A DNA stretch of 64,000 bases from Balneola sp. (GTDB taxonomy: Bacteria; Bacteroidota; Rhodothermia; Balneolales; Balneolaceae). The first letter of the stretch is position 1. Each line of letters starts with the position of its first letter. The position numbers and the translations under genes are program-made. The notes under the pieces are model-generated. The model saw only the letters and a list, made by a program, of their open reading frames with translations. It did no database searches and was not told the origin of the DNA. This document shows positions 44,846 through 53,866 of the stretch, piece by piece. The stretch spans positions 13,742 through 77,741 of the forward strand of contig JBLWXC010000006.1 in the NCBI GenBank assembly GCA_048267645.1. Direction: 5' to 3'.

Positions 44846-47341
44846 ATGAAAAAACTAAAAAGCTTTTACACCTCAATAAGCTGGAAATACTGCGTTGTTG
44901 GTTATTTATTTCTTCTCGCGTGCTCTTTCTTTTATCTGACATTTACACAGAATGATTCTTCAAACGAATTTATAACTCACCTAAGTTCTGATAATATTCA
45001 GAAACCAATTGTCTTACTTATTCCAGATCTACAGAATCTCGACAATTTAGGTGATTTGGATACTTTTCTTAGCACAGATTTCAATCTACTTGTAGCAGAT
45101 TATAGAGAATTATACAACCAAGAAGATAACAAAAAGCGATTTCACGCATCTGATAATGCTCAAATACTGGTCAAGCAATTAGAAAAATTACAGACTAGAA
45201 AAGTTCATATTGTTGCACAGGGTTTCGGTGGAATTATTGCTGCTAATGCAATTGCCCAGAGCCCAGATGCTTTTTCTTCCATTACATTCATTAACCCTTC
45301 TGGATTACAGGAGTATGAACTACTTGGCGGTTATGCTATGAATAAGGCAGTATATGGAGCACAAACTGGTTTTTGGTGGGGAGCATATTATTTAATACCA
45401 CATTTTGGTTTTCTAAAATCAGCTCATTTAAAACATCAATTTAATAGAGCGAATTACCAAACGGATAGAAGAGATTTAAGGGAAATATTCAAACAAATAA
45501 AAATTCCAACACTAATTGAACAGAAAACGAATAGAAAATTCGAAACCTTTGGGATTTCTAAAGAGATTGAGCGGTTAGTTCCGCAGAGTGTTTTCAAAGA
45601 ATATGATGTTACTGAAATGGGGTATGTAAATTCTGAAGAAGCTATCAAGGAGTTTATTCTATCTGTTAATCAAGGTGATATTATCCAACCTTCACAAGAA
45701 AGAATTGCAATAGCGAAACTTCCATTTGAATACAAAAATGTAATTAAAGCAGAAGGGTGGACCTTAATTGCCCTCATGCTTTTAATCGTTTTTTCTACAT
45801 TTATTTCTGAGGATTTAGCGTGTATTGGAGCAGGACTTATGGTAGCCCGAGGGCTTATGGGTTTTTGGCCAGCTATGCTTGCAGGTCTATTAGGGATACT
45901 TGTTGGTGATGTTTTTATTTACTTGGCTGGCAGATGGTTAGGGAAGTCTGCTGTGACTCGAAAACCTTTTAGCTGGTTTATAAACGAGCAGGATTTAGAA
46001 CGTTCTTATCATTGGTTTAAAACTAAAGGGCCAATTATAATTATTGCAAGTAGATTTATCCCAGGCACTAGATTTCCCACATACTTTAGTGCAGGAATTC
46101 TTGGCGCCAGCTTCTTTATGTTCATGTCTTACTTTGTAATTTCCTCGATTGTATGGACACCATTAATTGTGGGACTTTCCATGGCTTTGGGGCAACAAAT
46201 GATGGATTACTTCACTATGTACCAAGGGTACGCAATGTGGTTAATAATTGGCCTCGTAGCTTTTGTTTATCTTTTCATTAAACTAGTAGTTCCATTATTT
46301 ACCTACCGTGGAAGAAGAACTCTAAAAGGAAAATTTATTCGGAAAAGAAATTGGTCGTTTTGGCCGACTTCCATACTATATTTCCCTGTAGGGATTTACC
46401 TTATTTATTTATGGATTAAGCACCGAAGTATCTCTCTTTTTATAGCTACAAATCCAAACATTGAAGGTGGTGAAATTGTAAGGGAATCAAAGTCTAAGAT
46501 TTTGGAGCAAATCAATGAACAATCTGCCGTAGCACCATTTATTGTTCTCAAAAATGAATGCTCGCTAGATGAAAATTTATCTCTTTGTGATACTTTTATC
46601 GATAACCAAGAAATCAATTATCCCGTAGTATTAAAACCAGATTCAGGAAAGAATGGAAAAGGTGTTAAGTTCATTCAGAATAGAGAATCTCTAGAAAATG
46701 AGCTTAAATCTTTAAAAGAAGTTCATTTACTTCAGAAATTTGTAGAAGGACAAGAATTCGAGATATTCTATTATCGATATCCAAATGAGGCTAAAGGGCA
46801 TATCTTTTCAATTACTAGGAAGGAATTACATTTCCTAACTGGAGATGGAGAGAAGAATATTGAGGAACTAATTTTAAGGGATGATAGAGCGATATGCTTG
46901 GCAGATTTACATCTCGAAAAATTTATGCATGAACTTTATGATATCCCTGAGCAAGGAGAAAGGGTTCCATTGGTTGAACTAGGCACACACTCTAAAGGCG
47001 CTCTATTTTTTGATGGAGAAGAGTTTAAAACTCCTGAACTAGCACTAGCTATAGATCGTATTAGCAAGAGCTTTAATGGCTTTTATTTTGGACGATACGA
47101 TGTTAAAGTTCCAACAGAAGAACACCTGATGAAAGGAGAAGGGATTCTGGTATTAGAGTTAAATGGTGTTACTTCAGTGTCTACAAATATATATGACCCA
47201 AAATATGGATTTAAACATGCAGTAAGAATACTGGCGAAACAATGGGAAATAGCGTATAAGATTGGTTCAATAAATGCAAAAAAGGGATTAAAAAAAACAG
47301 GGACCATGGGCTTCATTAAACAATTAGTGAACACCCATTAG
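44846..47341 (+). CDS. Fusion of degenerate alpha/beta-hydrolase, DedA/VTT membrane domain and ATP-grasp ligase
   Basis: N-terminal TM; hydrolase fold with AQGFGG elbow; DedA motifs (STFISEDLAC, GDVFIY..GR, SRFIPGTR); ATP-grasp motifs (LKPDSGKNGKGV, QKFVEG, GRYDVK, ELNG). Confidence 0.8.
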   Translation: MKKLKSFYTSISWKYCVVGYLFLLACSFFYLTFTQNDSSNEFITHLSSDNIQKPIVLLIPDLQNLDNLGDLDTFLSTDFNLLVADYRELYNQEDNKKRFHASDNAQILVKQLEKLQTRKVHIVAQGFGGIIAANAIAQSPDAFSSITFINPSGLQEYELLGGYAMNKAVYGAQTGFWWGAYYLIPHFGFLKSAHLKHQFNRANYQTDRRDLREIFKQIKIPTLIEQKTNRKFETFGISKEIERLVPQSVFKEYDVTEMGYVNSEEAIKEFILSVNQGDIIQPSQERIAIAKLPFEYKNVIKAEGWTLIALMLLIVFSTFISEDLACIGAGLMVARGLMGFWPAMLAGLLGILVGDVFIYLAGRWLGKSAVTRKPFSWFINEQDLERSYHWFKTKGPIIIIASRFIPGTRFPTYFSAGILGASFFMFMSYFVISSIVWTPLIVGLSMALGQQMMDYFTMYQGYAMWLIIGLVAFVYLFIKLVVPLFTYRGRRTLKGKFIRKRNWSFWPTSILYFPVGIYLIYLWIKHRSISLFIATNPNIEGGEIVRESKSKILEQINEQSAVAPFIVLKNECSLDENLSLCDTFIDNQEINYPVVLKPDSGKNGKGVKFIQNRESLENELKSLKEVHLLQKFVEGQEFEIFYYRYPNEAKGHIFSITRKELHFLTGDGEKNIEELILRDDRAICLADLHLEKFMHELYDIPEQGERVPLVELGTHSKGALFFDGEEFKTPELALAIDRISKSFNGFYFGRYDVKVPTEEHLMKGEGILVLELNGVTSVSTNIYDPKYGFKHAVRILAKQWEIAYKIGSINAKKGLKKTGTMGFIKQLVNTH

Positions 47342-47814
47342 CGTCTCTTTCTTTGGAAAAAATCTTTTAACAAAAACTCGCAATCACTCTCTAGTATTCC
47401 TTGTATCACATTTATTTGGTGATTTAACTCTTTATTAGCCGAAATATTAAATAAGGAGCCACAACCTCCAGATCGGGGATCAGATGCTCCAAAAACGATG
47501 GTATCAATCTTGCTCCAAACTAACGCTCCCGAGCACATTGGGCAAGGTTCTAAAGTAACATAGAGAGTACATCCTGTTAAATATTTCTCACCTAAAGTTT
47601 CACAAGCTGCAGAAATTGCAATCATTTCAGCATGAGCAGTAGGGTCTTTAAGAGTCTCAACTTGATTGTAACCTTTGCCAATAATCTGCTGATTTTTAAC
47701 TACAAGAGCACCTATCGGAACTTCACCTTTTCGCTCGGCTTCTTCGGCTAATAGCAGTGCTTTCGCCATAAACTGCTGGTGTGGTTGCCATAATGCAGGT
47801 TTGGTTTTTTCCAT
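47338..47814 (-). CDS. tadA: tRNA-specific adenosine deaminase
   Basis: EVPIGA, DPTAHAE, TLEPCPMC motifs. Confidence 0.9.
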   Translation of the reverse strand: MEKTKPALWQPHQQFMAKALLLAEEAERKGEVPIGALVVKNQQIIGKGYNQVETLKDPTAHAEMIAISAACETLGEKYLTGCTLYVTLEPCPMCSGALVWSKIDTIVFGASDPRSGGCGSLFNISANKELNHQINVIQGILESDCEFLLKDFFQRKRR

Positions 47815-47861
47815 GTGCTTGGTTTGTTTATCTTCTTTTTTTAAAGTTAAATCTATTGATA

Positions 47862-48401
47862 ATGCCGATCGAAAAAGACAACATCTCTGAATTCCTGTTA
47901 AGTAAAATCAGAACAATTTCAGACTTTCCTAAACCAGGAATTCAATTTAAAGATATAACTACATTACTTGCCGATAAAGAGGCATTAAAATTAACTTCTC
48001 AAACGCTTACAAAGCCTTTCTTAGATAAGAATATTGATGTTGTTGTTGGCCTTGAGTCACGTGGTTTTCTATTTGGAACTAATATCGCAGAGCTTTTGGA
48101 TGCGTCTTTTGTACCTGTAAGAAAACCAGGGAAACTTCCATCTGAAGTTATTTCAGAAAGCTATGCTCTTGAATACGGAACAGATAGCGTAGAAATGCAT
48201 GTTGATGCTATCAAAAAAGGCGATAGAGTTTTAATTCATGATGATTTAATTGCCACCGGTGGAACTGCAGCCGCCGCTACTAGGCTTGTTGAAAGGCTAG
48301 GTGGGGAAGTAGTTGGTTACTCATTTATTATCGAGCTTGGATTCTTAAATGGCAGAGAAAGTCTAAAAGATTCATTTATTGATAGTATTATCGTTCTTTA
48401 G
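47862..48401 (+). CDS. apt: Adenine phosphoribosyltransferase (start moved from 47781 to ATG 47862)
   Basis: DFPKPGIQFKDIT, ESRGF, RKPGKLP, LEYG, HDDLIATGGT; the longer call overlaps tadA head-to-head. Confidence 0.95.
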   Translation: MPIEKDNISEFLLSKIRTISDFPKPGIQFKDITTLLADKEALKLTSQTLTKPFLDKNIDVVVGLESRGFLFGTNIAELLDASFVPVRKPGKLPSEVISESYALEYGTDSVEMHVDAIKKGDRVLIHDDLIATGGTAAAATRLVERLGGEVVGYSFIIELGFLNGRESLKDSFIDSIIVL

Positions 48402-48431
48402 AAGGAACAAAGCTTTCATCTTCTGATATAA

Positions 48432-48947
48432 TTGTTGAAACGCTCACCAATTAATCAGGAGATGATTATGCTAAAATTAATACGCCCCCAGCTTTTTCTA
48501 TTATTTGCCACATTCTTAATTGTTGGTACCGCCTGCAAAACATTTGTGGTTAAAGATGTAAACTATTCCCAGCAAATAGAAAGTGTACTTACACCAAACT
48601 CAAATGGTGAAGTTCGTGATAGTCGCTATTCACTTTCATTCAATATTCTTCCTTTTCAATTTCAAGAAACGCAAGACTCATCTTCTGTATCTGTAGAAGA
48701 AGTAAGACTTATAAGAAATTCTGAAGGCTTTTACTTCATCACTGCAAACGGCTTTTCTAACGTTTATGTAATGGAGCCCATTAAAAATGGATTGAAGCTT
48801 AAAAAGAAGATTCAGATTTCAGAGCAAGGTCTAGCCGCTCCAGCATTCAATCTACGTACACCTTATGTGGAACTCGTAGATAAAGAAACATTGAAAACAT
48901 TCAGTTTAAATGAAAAAGGAATTCAAAATAAGGAGGGTAAATCATGA
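48432..48947 (+). CDS. Hypothetical lipoprotein
   Basis: Lipobox-like GTAC; AGGAG RBS favours ATG 48468. Confidence 0.7.
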   Translation: MLKRSPINQEMIMLKLIRPQLFLLFATFLIVGTACKTFVVKDVNYSQQIESVLTPNSNGEVRDSRYSLSFNILPFQFQETQDSSSVSVEEVRLIRNSEGFYFITANGFSNVYVMEPIKNGLKLKKKIQISEQGLAAPAFNLRTPYVELVDKETLKTFSLNEKGIQNKEGKS

Positions 48948-50170
48948 AAGGTTTAGTTAATACAGTATTAGTTGCGTTAATCACAGTTATATCAACATTT
49001 TCAGTTTCTGCGCAGCAGTCAGATTATGAAATTAAAAAAGACTTCGAGACTAGGTATGAAGCTCTAGGTTCTGAAATTGATAACGCAAACAGCGTACATA
49101 GAATTGATAGCATTCTTTTAGCTATTGATGACTTGGCCCTCGATTATATTGAACACGAAGATTTGTTGAACTTTGGGCTTTATCCAGAATCCTATGCTTC
49201 AGCAATTTCTAAATTAAAAAGTAATGCAAGAACAGCAGAGTACAAGTTGTTGATTATAGAAAATCAGACTGAGCGCTTAACAATGCTATCAGACGAGATA
49301 AGCCGTTACAAATATGAAATAGCTAATCTTGCTCGTAGAAGTGACTCATTGAGGCTTGCAATTTCAAGTTCTCAAAAAAGTGAGCAAAAGCTATCTCAGC
49401 TTGTTCGTAGTTATAGAAAAAGCGTTGAACAAAGAGATGAGTTCATCTTTGATATAGTAGACTCGTTATTCATTACTTATAAAGAATTGAACCCTAAAGC
49501 TGTAAAAGAACTTGCTCGTCAAAACGAGGGCGGTACTTTATCTCCTACGGATAATCCACTTTCAATGATTAGCTCCATTGTGGATCAAAACATTGAAACA
49601 TTGAAAATTAAAGATCGGTCTCTATCCACAGAAGACTACCTAAGAATGTATGCGCTACAAAAAAGAGTTGATACCGTTTGGAAACAAATTGGCGATGAGC
49701 TCATAATGATTTATGGCGGAAATAATAAGAGTAAGTGGCAAGAAAATATCAATTCGGACATTAAGGAATGGAAGGCAAGTGCCTCCTATGCTATGTGGAA
49801 TTCTTTAGATAACTATTTAGACTATCAAGATATTAACCTTGATGCTTTTGATAATAATCAGAGTTTTTTCGCTGCGCTTGATAGCTTTGTAACCAAGGCA
49901 ACAGTAAGTAGTGATGGAAACATCATGAAACAAGACAGTTACAACGAGTTTAAAGCTTTTAAAGAGTTATGGTCTGGTAAAATTATGGACGATTGGAATA
50001 AGTATTTAGTGGATGCTGATGTACTTACTTCCTCTCAAATTGCAAGCATCGATAATAAAGTTGATGAATGGGGAGATAAATCTAAACCTATACCAATGGG
50101 ATATTTCATGATAATTGGTTTCGGACTAATCGCACTTATTGGCTTTATTGTAGCTCAAGTGAAACGCTAG
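48944..50170 (+). CDS. Hypothetical exported coiled-coil protein with C-terminal TM anchor
   Basis: Signal peptide (VSA/QQ), heptad-rich region, C-terminal hydrophobic helix; ATGA overlap with the upstream gene. Confidence 0.75.
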   Translation: MKGLVNTVLVALITVISTFSVSAQQSDYEIKKDFETRYEALGSEIDNANSVHRIDSILLAIDDLALDYIEHEDLLNFGLYPESYASAISKLKSNARTAEYKLLIIENQTERLTMLSDEISRYKYEIANLARRSDSLRLAISSSQKSEQKLSQLVRSYRKSVEQRDEFIFDIVDSLFITYKELNPKAVKELARQNEGGTLSPTDNPLSMISSIVDQNIETLKIKDRSLSTEDYLRMYALQKRVDTVWKQIGDELIMIYGGNNKSKWQENINSDIKEWKASASYAMWNSLDNYLDYQDINLDAFDNNQSFFAALDSFVTKATVSSDGNIMKQDSYNEFKAFKELWSGKIMDDWNKYLVDADVLTSSQIASIDNKVDEWGDKSKPIPMGYFMIIGFGLIALIGFIVAQVKR

Positions 50171-50192
50171 TTTTAGCATTTGAAAAAAAAAT

Positions 50193-50224
50193 AAAAGGTT
50201 GACGGTTATCGTCAGCCTTTTTTT
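50193..50224 (+). terminator. Intrinsic terminator
   Basis: AAAAGGTTGACG-GTTAT-CGTCAGCCTTTT followed by T run. Confidence 0.82.
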
Positions 50225-50257
50225 ATATTCTGTGAACGGAACTAATCTAATTTACTT

Positions 50258-50782
50258 ATGAAAAAAACTTTACTTATAGTATTTATTGCACTTACGTTCA
50301 CTCTGGATGTTTTTGCACAATCAGAGGCCAAAAACCCTACAACTTTGATTTTTGTTCGACATGGCGAAAAAGTTGATGATGGAACACGAGACCCTGCACT
50401 TTCACCACAAGGAGAAGCTAGAGCAGAACTTCTTAAAAACATCCTTTCTTCTGAATATGAAGAAATAACAGCCATCTATAGTACAGCGTACAAAAGAACC
50501 AAGTTTACTGCTAAACCAACCGCAGAGCATTTTAAGGTTGATGTTGAGGAATACGGTTTAAAAGATCCTAAAGCACTGATAAATTCTCTTCTTGAGAAAC
50601 ATTCGGGAGAAACTGTGCTTGTTGTAGGTCATTCAAACACTACACCAATGCTAGTGAATGTAGTTTTAGGGGAGAAGAAGTTCCCTCAACTCGATGAAAG
50701 CGTATATAATCAGATATACATTCTTCAAGCTACAGAGATTGGTGATACTACTGTTGAAGTTAAGACTTATGACACCAATTAA
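50258..50782 (+). CDS. Exported histidine phosphatase (phosphoglycerate mutase/SixA-like)
   Basis: Signal peptide; VRHGEK; RTKFTA; VVGHSNT. Confidence 0.85.
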   Translation: MKKTLLIVFIALTFTLDVFAQSEAKNPTTLIFVRHGEKVDDGTRDPALSPQGEARAELLKNILSSEYEEITAIYSTAYKRTKFTAKPTAEHFKVDVEEYGLKDPKALINSLLEKHSGETVLVVGHSNTTPMLVNVVLGEKKFPQLDESVYNQIYILQATEIGDTTVEVKTYDTN

Positions 50783-50785
50783 GAT

Positions 50786-52870
50786 TTAAGGAAGCGAAAA
50801 CCTTTTTCTAAACAACCATTCGCTTGCTAAAAGAATCAGAACTAAAATAAACCAAAATATTCTTTTCACAGGGAAAAAATATGATTCTTCAACACTTGTT
50901 GTAGTTTCAAGGAGGTTCTGATTCTTTAAATCTTCCCAAAGAGAAATCTCTTTATCATACGTGTAGAACTTTCCATTCGACCTTTCAGATATTCCACGTA
51001 GAATCTCATCATTTCGTATAGTATTTGCTAGCTCTGTACTTGATTCTGAAACCAGAAATTCACCCCTTTGTGTTTCTATGGTCCGAGAGTCTTTCTTAGC
51101 AACGGCTTCATAATTGTATTTACCACTTGGTAAAGCAGGTAAATTTAGCTTGTAAAGGCCGTCTCCAAGATTATTTAGGGTGTAAGTGCTTCTATCATTC
51201 TTGTCGTTTTCTAAGGAAAAATGAATAGTGGCATTAGCTTCGATAGCACCATTTTCATTTATTAAACTAGCATTCACAATAGGTCTTTCAATCTGCGTAT
51301 AAGAAGTTTTGGAAGTACTCACCTTAAGAAGTCTATTGTCAGGGTCTGTCGCTGTCCAGTTAACAATGTTGCTAAGCAGGTTAATTACAAAATTTCTCTC
51401 TTTTAAATTGTTACTCAAATACATTTTATACCAACCAAAGGCATGTAACTCACTTCTTCTAATGTTTCCACGTTCTAAGATTGAAAGAAGTGGGGAATTG
51501 GTATTAATTCCTTGAAGTTGTGGAGAAATCAGTGTTGTGGCATCAAGCTTTGATAAAGTTGACCTTGTTTGAGTATATACTGGAGCTAGCCGTGAAAAGT
51601 CGATGTCTTTTAGGTCTTCTAAAATTGGGTGATTCGAGTTGTTTTCATTAAAAAAAAGCTTAGCTCCTATAAGTCTCTGAGATTGGTTCTCTACAAGCAC
51701 AAATGAAGACTCGGAACCAGTTTGACGTCCTTTAGGCAAAGGTAAATAAAAAGTAGGGAGGGCTTCAATATCCAAACCTAATGTCGTAAACACTGAAGAT
51801 GAAGGAAACCCATGAATTATTACTAAATCATATTTCTTATTTCGATCAAGGTTAGAAATTGCTTGGCCTATAAAATTAAAAGTAGTGAGCTCAATATTTT
51901 TATCTTCAGCTAAGATGGAGCGAATTGTTTTAACATCTGGATGTACAGAACTCGCAATATGTAAAATGCTAGTTTTACTATCTAAAATATCAATAGTAAA
52001 ATTAGTTTTGTTGTTGGAGGTAATCCATTCTCCAGCAACTGGTTGAACAATTAGAGTGTATTGATTTAAACCGGGTTCTTTAAGATTCAATTCAAACGTT
52101 AAGGACTCAATTTCTTTCTTCTCACTCAAAGTAATTTCTTTTTTGAGTAACTCTTCATCGTCCTTCATCAAAGAAACTGAAACTGTCTTTCCAGTAAATC
52201 CAAACTGGGAAATATCTACAGTTACGATATGATTGGTATTCGAAAAGCCTGTAGAATTAGTTGAGACGTTCAATATCGCAATATCTCGGACCTTAGAAGA
52301 GTCTCCAACACCAATTGTGTAAATAGGAATGGGTGATGAGCCAGCTTCAATAATCGGATTCTTTCCATAAGTAATGATTCCATCAGAAATTATTACTGCG
52401 CTTTCATAGTCTTCTAATGCATTTATATAACTTACAACCTCTGACAGATTAGTAGTTGTTTTATTGAGCGATAGAGAATCTTTTTTTATTGGCTCTATAC
52501 TATTTGAAAACCCAAAATAATCCATTTTAACGTCAACGGATTTCTCACGTTCAATTAGATTAAGAAGATTGTAATAGCTTTTTGAGCCTTCATAAGCACC
52601 TTTAGAAATAGAAGTACTTTCAGAGTTATCTAAAAAGACAGCGATTTTTGGAGCAAGCTCTATTGTTCTTTCCGATTTGAAAAAAGGATTCATAAACAGA
52701 AAGAACAGTATAAGAAGGGCTGCCGCTCTTAAGCTAGAAAGTAAAAACTTAGATAACTTCGAAATGGTATCGTAACGGCGATAAGACAACCAAGAAAGTA
52801 CTAGTAAAAATATTACTACTAGAACTGTAACAATTACAGGAAGGTTATTCTGAAAGCCCTGAAAATCCAC
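50786..52870 (-). CDS. Membrane-anchored VWA-domain protein (MoxR partner)
   Basis: N-terminal TMs, MIDAS DNSES, IISDG, C-terminal TM EWLFRKR. Confidence 0.75.
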   Translation of the reverse strand: MDFQGFQNNLPVIVTVLVVIFLLVLSWLSYRRYDTISKLSKFLLSSLRAAALLILFFLFMNPFFKSERTIELAPKIAVFLDNSESTSISKGAYEGSKSYYNLLNLIEREKSVDVKMDYFGFSNSIEPIKKDSLSLNKTTTNLSEVVSYINALEDYESAVIISDGIITYGKNPIIEAGSSPIPIYTIGVGDSSKVRDIAILNVSTNSTGFSNTNHIVTVDISQFGFTGKTVSVSLMKDDEELLKKEITLSEKKEIESLTFELNLKEPGLNQYTLIVQPVAGEWITSNNKTNFTIDILDSKTSILHIASSVHPDVKTIRSILAEDKNIELTTFNFIGQAISNLDRNKKYDLVIIHGFPSSSVFTTLGLDIEALPTFYLPLPKGRQTGSESSFVLVENQSQRLIGAKLFFNENNSNHPILEDLKDIDFSRLAPVYTQTRSTLSKLDATTLISPQLQGINTNSPLLSILERGNIRRSELHAFGWYKMYLSNNLKERNFVINLLSNIVNWTATDPDNRLLKVSTSKTSYTQIERPIVNASLINENGAIEANATIHFSLENDKNDRSTYTLNNLGDGLYKLNLPALPSGKYNYEAVAKKDSRTIETQRGEFLVSESSTELANTIRNDEILRGISERSNGKFYTYDKEISLWEDLKNQNLLETTTSVEESYFFPVKRIFWFILVLILLASEWLFRKRFSLP

Positions 52871-52871
52871 C

Positions 52872-53864
52872 TCAATTCAAGTTTTCTATAATCATCTCGA
52901 TTAACTTTACAGTAGTGTAACCTTCTGCTTCAGCAGCATAGTTGTTTACAATTCTGTGGCGCAAAACAGGGACTGCTAAGGCATTAATGTCGTCAATGGT
53001 TACATTGAACCTTCCTTGAGAAAGCGCACGAGCTTTACCGCCAAGAATGAGATATTGCGAAGCTCGGGGACCAGCACCCCAGCTTAAATATTTTTTTGAA
53101 AACTCTGGTGTGAATTCTGAATTTGGTCGAGTTGATGAAACTAATTTTATGGTGTAATCTAAAACAGTTTCTGGTACAGGAACTTCTCGAACAAGTTTTT
53201 GAAATTGCTCAATCTTCAGTTTGTCTACTTGGGGAGAAAGCGTCACATTAGAAGAGGATGTAGTTTTGCTAACAATTTCTTTTTCTTCAGAAAAAGAAGG
53301 GTAATCTACCCACAGGTTAAACATAAATCTATCCAACTGAGCTTCAGGTAAAGGATAAGTTCCTTCTTGTTCGATAGGATTTTGAGTCGCTAAAACAAAA
53401 AAAGGAGTATCTAATTCGTACGTTTCGCCTGCAGTGGTTACGTGATACTCTTGCATTCCTTCAAGCAATGCAGCTTGAGTTTTAGGAGGAGTTCTGTTGA
53501 TCTCATCAGCTAATACGATATTAGCGAATATAGGCCCTTTTATGAATTTGAATCCTTTCTGACCAGTCTCTTTATTCTCCTCAATAATCTCGGTACCTGT
53601 AATATCGCCAGGCATAAGATCTGGGGTAAATTGAATACGGTTGAAACTAAGCCCTAAAGTTTCAGCTAAAGTTTTTATAAGTAATGTTTTGGCAAGACCA
53701 GGAACACCTACTAATACACAATGTCCCTTAGAGAATAAACTAATAAGTAATAAATCAATTACATCCTCTTGACCTATTACAACTTTATGGATTTCAGACT
53801 TTATAGATTCAAAAGATATCTTAAACTCTTTTGCTAATGCTACTGTATCTACCGTATTCGACAT
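52872..53864 (-). CDS. MoxR-family AAA+ ATPase
   Basis: GVPGLAKT, RIQFTPDLMP.D, LADEINR, ATQNPIEQEGTYPLPEAQLDRF. Confidence 0.95.
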   Translation of the reverse strand: MSNTVDTVALAKEFKISFESIKSEIHKVVIGQEDVIDLLLISLFSKGHCVLVGVPGLAKTLLIKTLAETLGLSFNRIQFTPDLMPGDITGTEIIEENKETGQKGFKFIKGPIFANIVLADEINRTPPKTQAALLEGMQEYHVTTAGETYELDTPFFVLATQNPIEQEGTYPLPEAQLDRFMFNLWVDYPSFSEEKEIVSKTTSSSNVTLSPQVDKLKIEQFQKLVREVPVPETVLDYTIKLVSSTRPNSEFTPEFSKKYLSWGAGPRASQYLILGGKARALSQGRFNVTIDDINALAVPVLRHRIVNNYAAEAEGYTTVKLIEMIIENLN

Positions 53865-53866
53865 AA

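Noticed and set aside
47781-47861. N-terminal extension on apt
   Set aside because: It overlaps the divergent tadA start; ATG 47862 gives a normal-length Apt.
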